This document shows, one piece after another, positions 49,828 through 55,213 of a stretch of DNA of 55,213 nt. How positions within the stretch are numbered: the stretch's first letter is position 1; every line of letters starts with the position of its first letter. Below the pieces are notes generated by a model, which did no database searches, had not been told where the DNA came from, and was given only the letters and a program-made list of their open reading frames with translations. The DNA is taken from IMG/VR virus record IMGVR_UViG_2698536646_000013, one strand, 5' to 3'. This stretch comes from a virus (Duplodnaviria; Heunggongvirae; Uroviricota; Caudoviricetes). Made by a program: the position numbers and the translations under genes.

Positions 49828-52428
49828 ATGAGCACAAAACCACTCTTCCTGTTACGGAAAGCGAAAAAATCATCCGGTGAACCTGACGTCGTCCTGTGGG
49901 CAAGCAACGATTTTGAATCGACCTGTGCCACTCTGGACTACCTGATCGTTAAGTCAGGTAAAAAACTGAGCAGCTATTTTAAAGCTGTTGCCACGAATTT
50001 TCCTGTCGTTAATGACCTGCCCGCTGAAGGTGAGATCGATTTTACCTGGAGTGAACGCTATCAACTCAGCAAAGACTCCATGACATGGGAACTAAAACCG
50101 GGAGCAGCACCAGACAACGCTCACTATCAAGGCAATACCAACGTCAACGGCGAAGACATGCCTGAGATTGAGGAGAATATGCTACTCCCAATTTCTGGCC
50201 AGGAACTGCCCATTCGTTGGCTTGCTCAACACGGCAGCGAAAAACCGGTAACGCACGTTTCACGCGACGGACTCCAGGCATTACACATTGCTCGGGCTGA
50301 AGAACTACCGGCTGTTACTGCCCTGGCTGTTTCCCACAAAACCAGCCTGCTCGACCCGCTGGAAATTCGCGAACTCCACAAACTGGTTCGTGACACTGAC
50401 AAAGTTTTCCCTAATCCTGGTAATTCAAACCTGGGACTGATAACTGCTTTTTTCGAAGCATACCTGAACGCTGACTACACCGATCGAGGACTGCTGACAA
50501 AAGAGTGGATGAAGGGTAATCGTGTTTCACACATCACTCGCACGGCTTCCGGTGCTAATGCTGGCGGCGGAAACCTCACCGATCGCGGCGAAGGTTTCGT
50601 ACACGATCTGACGTCACTGGCGCGGGACGTAGCCACTGGCGTACTGGCCCGTTCAATGGATCTGGACATCTATAACCTTCATCCGGCACACGCTAAACGC
50701 ATTGAGGAAATTATCGCTGAAAATAAACCGCCCTTTTCTGTTTTCCGCGACAAATTCATCACCATGCCTGGCGGGCTGGATTATTCCCGCGCCATCGTGG
50801 TTGCGTCCGTAAAAGAAGCACCAATTGGGATCGAGGTCATCCCCGCGCACGTCACTGAATATCTGAACAAAGTACTGACTGAAACCGATCATGCCAACCC
50901 TGATCCGGAAATCGTGGATATTGCCTGCGGTCGCTCCTCTGCCCCGATGCCGCAGCGAGTAACAGAAGAAGGAAAACAGGATGATGAAGAAAAACCGCAA
51001 CCATCTGGAACAACGGCAGTTGAACAGGGAGAGGCTGAAACAATGGAACCGGACGCAACTGAACATCATCAGGACACGCAGCCGCTGGATGCTCAGTCAC
51101 AGGTAAATTCTGTTGATGCGAAATATCAGGAACTGCGGGCAGAACTCCATGAAGCCCGGAAAAACATTCCATCAAAAAATCCTGTCGATGCCGATAAATT
51201 GCTTGCTGCATCACGTGGTGAATTTGTTGACGGAATTAGCGACCCGAACGATCCGAAATGGGTAAAGGGGATCCAGACTCGCGATTGTGTGTACCAGAAC
51301 CAGCCAGAAACGGAAAAAACCAGCCCGGATATGAATCAACCTGAGCCAGTAGTGCAACAGGAACCGGAAATAGCCTGCAATGCCTGCGGCCAGACTGGCG
51401 GGGATAACTGCCCTGACTGTGGTGCGGTGATGGGCGACGCAACATACCAGGAAACATTCGATGAAGAGAGTCAGGTTGAAGCTAAGGAAAATGATCCGGA
51501 GGAAATGGAAGGCGCTGAACATCCGCACAATGAGAATGCTGGCAGCGATCCGCATCGCGATTGCAGTGATGAAACTGGCGAAGTCGCAGATCCCGTAATC
51601 GTAGAAGACATAGAGCCAGGTATTTATTACGGAATTTCGAATGAGAATTACCACGCGGGTCCCGGTGTCAGTAAGTCTCAGCTCGATGACATTGCTGATA
51701 CTCCGGCACTGTATTTGTGGCGTAAAAATGCCCCCGTGGACACCACAAAGACAAAAACGCTCGATTTAGGAACCGCTTTCCACTGCCGGGTACTTGAGCC
51801 GGAAGAATTCAGTAACCGCTTTATCGTAGCACCTGAATTTAACCGCCGGACAAACTCCGGAAAAGAAGAAGAGAAAGCGTTTCTGAGGGAATGCGCAAGC
51901 ACAGGAAAAACGGTTATCACTGCCGAAGAAGGCCGGAAAATTGAACTCATGTATCAGAGCGTTATGGCTTTGCCGCTGGGGCAATGGCTTGTTGAAAGCG
52001 CCGGACACGCTGAATCATCAATTTACTGGGAAGATCCTGAAACAGCAATTTTGTGTCGGTGCCGTCCGGACAAAATTATCCCTGAATTTCACTGGATCAT
52101 GGACGTGAAAACTACGGCGGATATTCAACGATTCAAAACCGCTTATTACGACTACCGCTATCACGTTCAGGATGCATTCTACAGTGACGGTTATGAAGCA
52201 CAGTTTGGAGTGCAGCCAACTTTCGTTTTTCTGGTTGCCAGCACAACTATTGAATGCGGACGTTATCCGGTTGAAATTTTCATGATGGGCGAAGAAGCAA
52301 AACTGGCAGGTCAGCTGGAATATCACCGCAATCTGCGAACCCTGGCTGACTGCCTCAATACCGATGAATGGCCAGCTATTAAGACGTTATCACTGCCCCG
52401 CTGGGCTAAGGAATATGCAAATGACTAA
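49828..52428 (+). CDS. recE: Exonuclease VIII (RecE)
   Basis: 866 aa, [41 protein letters not shown]... to ...[11 protein letters not shown]. Stop overlaps the recT start. Confidence 0.95.
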   Translation: MSTKPLFLLRKAKKSSGEPDVVLWASNDFESTCATLDYLIVKSGKKLSSYFKAVATNFPVVNDLPAEGEIDFTWSERYQLSKDSMTWELKPGAAPDNAHYQGNTNVNGEDMPEIEENMLLPISGQELPIRWLAQHGSEKPVTHVSRDGLQALHIARAEELPAVTALAVSHKTSLLDPLEIRELHKLVRDTDKVFPNPGNSNLGLITAFFEAYLNADYTDRGLLTKEWMKGNRVSHITRTASGANAGGGNLTDRGEGFVHDLTSLARDVATGVLARSMDLDIYNLHPAHAKRIEEIIAENKPPFSVFRDKFITMPGGLDYSRAIVVASVKEAPIGIEVIPAHVTEYLNKVLTETDHANPDPEIVDIACGRSSAPMPQRVTEEGKQDDEEKPQPSGTTAVEQGEAETMEPDATEHHQDTQPLDAQSQVNSVDAKYQELRAELHEARKNIPSKNPVDADKLLAASRGEFVDGISDPNDPKWVKGIQTRDCVYQNQPETEKTSPDMNQPEPVVQQEPEIACNACGQTGGDNCPDCGAVMGDATYQETFDEESQVEAKENDPEEMEGAEHPHNENAGSDPHRDCSDETGEVADPVIVEDIEPGIYYGISNENYHAGPGVSKSQLDDIADTPALYLWRKNAPVDTTKTKTLDLGTAFHCRVLEPEEFSNRFIVAPEFNRRTNSGKEEEKAFLRECASTGKTVITAEEGRKIELMYQSVMALPLGQWLVESAGHAESSIYWEDPETAILCRCRPDKIIPEFHWIMDVKTTADIQRFKTAYYDYRYHVQDAFYSDGYEAQFGVQPTFVFLVASTTIECGRYPVEIFMMGEEAKLAGQLEYHRNLRTLADCLNTDEWPAIKTLSLPRWAKEYAND

Positions 52429-53230
52429 GCAACCACCAATCGCAAAAGCCGATCTGCAAAAAACTCAGGGAAACCGTGCACCAGCAGCAATTAAAAATAA
52501 CGACGTGATTAGTTTTATTAACCAGCCATCAATGAAAGAGCAACTGGCAGCAGCTCTTCCACGCCATATGACGGCTGAACGTATGATCCGTATCGCCACC
52601 ACAGAAATTCGTAAAGTTCCGGCGTTAGGAAACTGTGACACTATGAGTTTTGTCAGTGCAATCGTACAGTGTTCACAGCTCGGACTTGAGCCCGGTAGCG
52701 CCCTCGGTCATGCATATTTACTGCCTTTTGGTAATAAAAACGAAAAGAGCGGTAAAAAAAACGTTCAGCTAATCATTGGCTATCGCGGCATGATTGATCT
52801 GGCTCGCCGTTCAGGTCAAATCGCCAGCCTGTCAGCCCGTGTTGTCCGTGAAGGTGACGAGTTTAATTTCGAATTTGGCCTTGATGAAAAGTTAATACAC
52901 CGCCCAGGAGAAAACGAAGATGCCCCTGTTACCCACGTCTATGCTGTCGCAAGACTGAAAGACGGAGGTACTCAGTTTGAAGTTATGACGCGCAAACAGA
53001 TTGAGCTGGTGCGCAGCCAGAGTAAAGCTGGTAATAACGGGCCGTGGGTAACTCACTGGGAAGAAATGGCAAAGAAAACGGCTATTCGTCGCCTGTTCAA
53101 ATATCTGCCCGTATCAATTGAGATCCAGCGTGCAGTATCAATGGATGAAAAGGAACCACTGACAATCGATCCTGCAGATTCCTCTGTATTAACCGGGGAA
53201 TACAGTGTAATCGATAATTCAGAGGAATAA
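52421..53230 (+). CDS. recT: Recombinase RecT (single-strand annealing protein)
   Basis: 269 aa from [23 protein letters not shown]..., ATG at 52421 inside the ATGACTAA overlap with recE. Confidence 0.95.
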   Translation: MTKQPPIAKADLQKTQGNRAPAAIKNNDVISFINQPSMKEQLAAALPRHMTAERMIRIATTEIRKVPALGNCDTMSFVSAIVQCSQLGLEPGSALGHAYLLPFGNKNEKSGKKNVQLIIGYRGMIDLARRSGQIASLSARVVREGDEFNFEFGLDEKLIHRPGENEDAPVTHVYAVARLKDGGTQFEVMTRKQIELVRSQSKAGNNGPWVTHWEEMAKKTAIRRLFKYLPVSIEIQRAVSMDEKEPLTIDPADSSVLTGEYSVIDNSEE

Positions 53231-53285
53231 TTCAGCCTGGCGGTGTAATGCACCGCCAACTTGAAATATTTTTATGAGAAAAATT

Positions 53286-53435
53286 ATGAGATATGACAAT
53301 GTTAAACCATGTCCATTTTGTGGTTGTCCATCAGTAACGGTGAAAGCCATTTCAGGATATTACCGAGCGAAGTGTAACGGATGCGAATCCCGAACCGGTT
53401 ATGGTGGAAGTGAAAAAGAAGCACTCGAACGATGA
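53286..53435 (+). pseudogene. ralR: ralR (Lar restriction-alleviation / type I toxin), apparently truncated by a nonsense codon
   Basis: MRYDNVKPCPFCGCPSVTVKAISGYYRAKCNGCESRTGYGGSEKEALER then TGA. Reading through would give WNKRTTGNNNGGVHV, the C-terminus I recall for K-12 RalR (64 aa). Confidence 0.55.
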
Positions 53436-53472
53436 AATAAACGAACCACTGGAAATAATAATGGAGGTGTTC

Positions 53473-53661
53473 ATGTATAAAATTACCGCCACTATTGAAA
53501 AGGAAGGTGGCACTCCTACTAACTGGACAAGATATTCAAAATCTAAACTAACGAAATCAGAATGCGAAAAAATGCTCTCAGGTAAAAAAGAAGCAGGCGT
53601 TTCCAGAGAGCAGAAAGTAAAACTGATAAATTTTAATTGCGAGAAACTTCAGTCCTCGTGA
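53473..53661 (+). CDS. ydaC: YdaC-like small protein
   Basis: 62 aa MYKITATIEKEGGTPTNWTRYSKSKLTKSECEKMLSGKKEAGVSREQKVKLINFNCEKLQSS, RBS GGAGG. Confidence 0.6.
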   Translation: MYKITATIEKEGGTPTNWTRYSKSKLTKSECEKMLSGKKEAGVSREQKVKLINFNCEKLQSS

Positions 53662-53760
53662 ATTGCATTGTATTCAAATTAAAACTTCATAGCTGATTAT
53701 TAATAATCAACATCGGGCGTCAATTTAAGTCTAACATTGGCGCCTGCCAGAGGTGATGCG

Positions 53761-53976
53761 ATGGCACAAGTAATCTTTAATGAAGAGTGGATGGTTGAAT
53801 ACGGCCTGATGCTTCGCACTGGTCTGGGGGCCAGACAAATTGAAGCATACCGCCAGAACTGTTGGGTGGAAGGCTTCCACTTCAAACGAGTATCTCCTTT
53901 AGGGAAGCCAGACAGTAAGCGAGGGATTATCTGGTATAACTATCCAAAGATAAATCAGTTTATCAAAGACTCATGA
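53761..53976 (+). CDS. xisR: Excisionase XisR (YdaQ)
   Basis: 71 aa [51 protein letters not shown]... immediately upstream of intR. Confidence 0.85.
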   Translation: MAQVIFNEEWMVEYGLMLRTGLGARQIEAYRQNCWVEGFHFKRVSPLGKPDSKRGIIWYNYPKINQFIKDS

Positions 53977-53977
53977 T

Positions 53978-55213
53978 ATGTCTAAATTACCAACAGGTGT
54001 CGAGATTCGAGGTAAATACATTCGCATCTGGTTCATGTTTCGAGGAAAACGATGTCGGGAAACATTGAAAGGCTGGGAGGTTACTAACAGTAACATTAAA
54101 AAAGCCGGGAATTTAAGAGCGTTGATAGTTCATGAAATCAATTCCGGTGAGTTTGAGTATTTAAGACGTTTTCCCCAGTCCAGCACTGGGGCAAAAATGG
54201 TGACAACGAGGGTCATAAAAACGTTCGGGGAGCTTTGTGATATCTGGACAAAAATTAAAGAAACAGAGTTAACAACAAACACAATGAAGAAAACGAAATC
54301 ACAATTAAAAACACTCAGGATAATAATTTGTGAGAGTACTCCGATATCGCATATTCGTTATAGCGATATCTTAAACTACCGGAATGAACTGCTGCATGGA
54401 GAAACGCTTTACCTGGATAATCCAAGATCCAACAAAAAAGGAAGAACCGTGCGCACAGTTGATAACTATATCGCCCTGCTCTGTTCGTTGTTACGTTTTG
54501 CGTATCAGTCGGGATTTATATCAACCAAACCATTTGAAGGAGTAAAGAAATTACAGAGAAACAGAATAAAGCCTGACCCGTTATCTAAAACAGAATTCAA
54601 TGCATTAATGGAAAGTGAAAAAGGACAGAGCCAGAACTTGTGGAAATTTGCCGTATACTCCGGGCTTCGTCACGGGGAACTGGCTGCTCTGGCGTGGGAG
54701 GATGTGGATTTCGAGAAGGGAGTTGTGAATGTCAGAAGAAACCTGACGATACTGGATATGTTCGGTCCCCCAAAAACAAATGCGGGGATCCGGACGGTAA
54801 CACTACTGCAGCCTGCTCTTGAAGCACTGAAGGAGCAATACAAACTGACCGGGCATCATCGCAAAAGCGAAATCACTTTTTATCATCGGGAGTACGGCAG
54901 AACCGAAAAGCAAAAACTGCATTTTGTTTTCATGCCCAGAGTGTGTAACGGAAAACAGAAACCTTATTACTCGGTAAGCAGTTTGGGTGCGAGATGGAAT
55001 GCAGCAGTAAAACGTGCTGGTATTCGCCGCCGTAATCCGTACCATACGCGGCATACTTTTGCCTGCTGGCTGTTGACGGCAGGAGCGAACCCGGCGTTTA
55101 TAGCCAGCCAGATGGGGCATGAAACTGCGCAGATGGTGTATGAAATTTACGGTATGTGGATTGATGACATGAACGACGAACAGGTAGCCATGTTGAATGC
55201 GCGGTTATCGTAG
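53978..55213 (+). CDS. intR: Rac-type prophage integrase IntR (tyrosine recombinase)
   Basis: 411 aa, MSKLPTGVEIRGKYIRIWFMFRGKRCRETLKGW... with catalytic YHTRHTFACWLL...MGHETAQMVYEIY. Stop codon is the last codon of the window. Confidence 0.95.
   Translation: MSKLPTGVEIRGKYIRIWFMFRGKRCRETLKGWEVTNSNIKKAGNLRALIVHEINSGEFEYLRRFPQSSTGAKMVTTRVIKTFGELCDIWTKIKETELTTNTMKKTKSQLKTLRIIICESTPISHIRYSDILNYRNELLHGETLYLDNPRSNKKGRTVRTVDNYIALLCSLLRFAYQSGFISTKPFEGVKKLQRNRIKPDPLSKTEFNALMESEKGQSQNLWKFAVYSGLRHGELAALAWEDVDFEKGVVNVRRNLTILDMFGPPKTNAGIRTVTLLQPALEALKEQYKLTGHHRKSEITFYHREYGRTEKQKLHFVFMPRVCNGKQKPYYSVSSLGARWNAAVKRAGIRRRNPYHTRHTFACWLLTAGANPAFIASQMGHETAQMVYEIYGMWIDDMNDEQVAMLNARLS

Larger units (their letters stand above)
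1440..55213. mobile_element. Lambdoid prophage (Rac-like early region, lambda-like tail) inserted at dusA
   Basis: Continuous phage gene content from the integrase beside dusA to intR at the window end. The left boundary is approximate and lies inside the dusA 5' codons. The right att site is beyond the window. Confidence 0.85.

Noticed and set aside
50475-52326. Several minus-strand ORFs of 64-147 aa inside recE
   Set aside because: Antisense to the recE CDS, Cys/Arg/Phe-rich composition. Frame artefacts.
1-55213. CRISPR arrays, rRNA or tRNA genes, IS elements
   Set aside because: No regularly spaced direct repeats, no rRNA-like stretches, no tRNA T-loop motif (GGTTCGAATCC-type) and no transposase ORF found by eye on either strand. 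A tRNA or IS hidden inside an N-run cannot be excluded.

Overview
The window holds the host genes pspG and dusA (E. coli-like) followed by one ~53.6-kb lambdoid prophage inserted at the 5' end of dusA and running to the window end. The prophage is bounded by a tyrosine integrase next to dusA (1668-2765) and by a Rac-type xisR/intR pair at the far end (53761-55213). Its late region on the minus strand is complete: terminase, portal, MuF-like, scaffold, capsid, head-tail genes, then a lambda-like tail (V, G/GT with an AAAAAAG slippery site, H, M, L, K, I, J), lom, stf and tfa. Lysis genes are phage-21-like (pinholin, SAR endolysin, Rz with embedded Rz1). The early region is Rac-like (Q, ydaV/ydaU/ydaT, racR, sieB, kilR, ydaE, racC, recE, recT, ralR, ydaC) and includes trkG and a ParB-like/YdaY-like pair. 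Five N-runs interrupt tail genes and look like scaffold gaps; one is flanked by a 120-bp duplication. The most interesting cargo is (i) an AT-rich reverse-transcriptase module beside the integrase with a retron-like structured leader and a membrane protein, and (ii) an AT-rich two-gene operon in the nin-equivalent region whose first protein carries an RNxxxH (HEPN-type) motif. Other cargo: two paralogous TolA-C-terminal-like lipoproteins between Q and the holin, a yeaR-like gene behind an NsrR-type operator, and a 28-codon hydrophobic ORF. All protein identifications come from reading the translations against remembered family sequences and motifs; no database search was run, and coordinates of small features were counted by hand.
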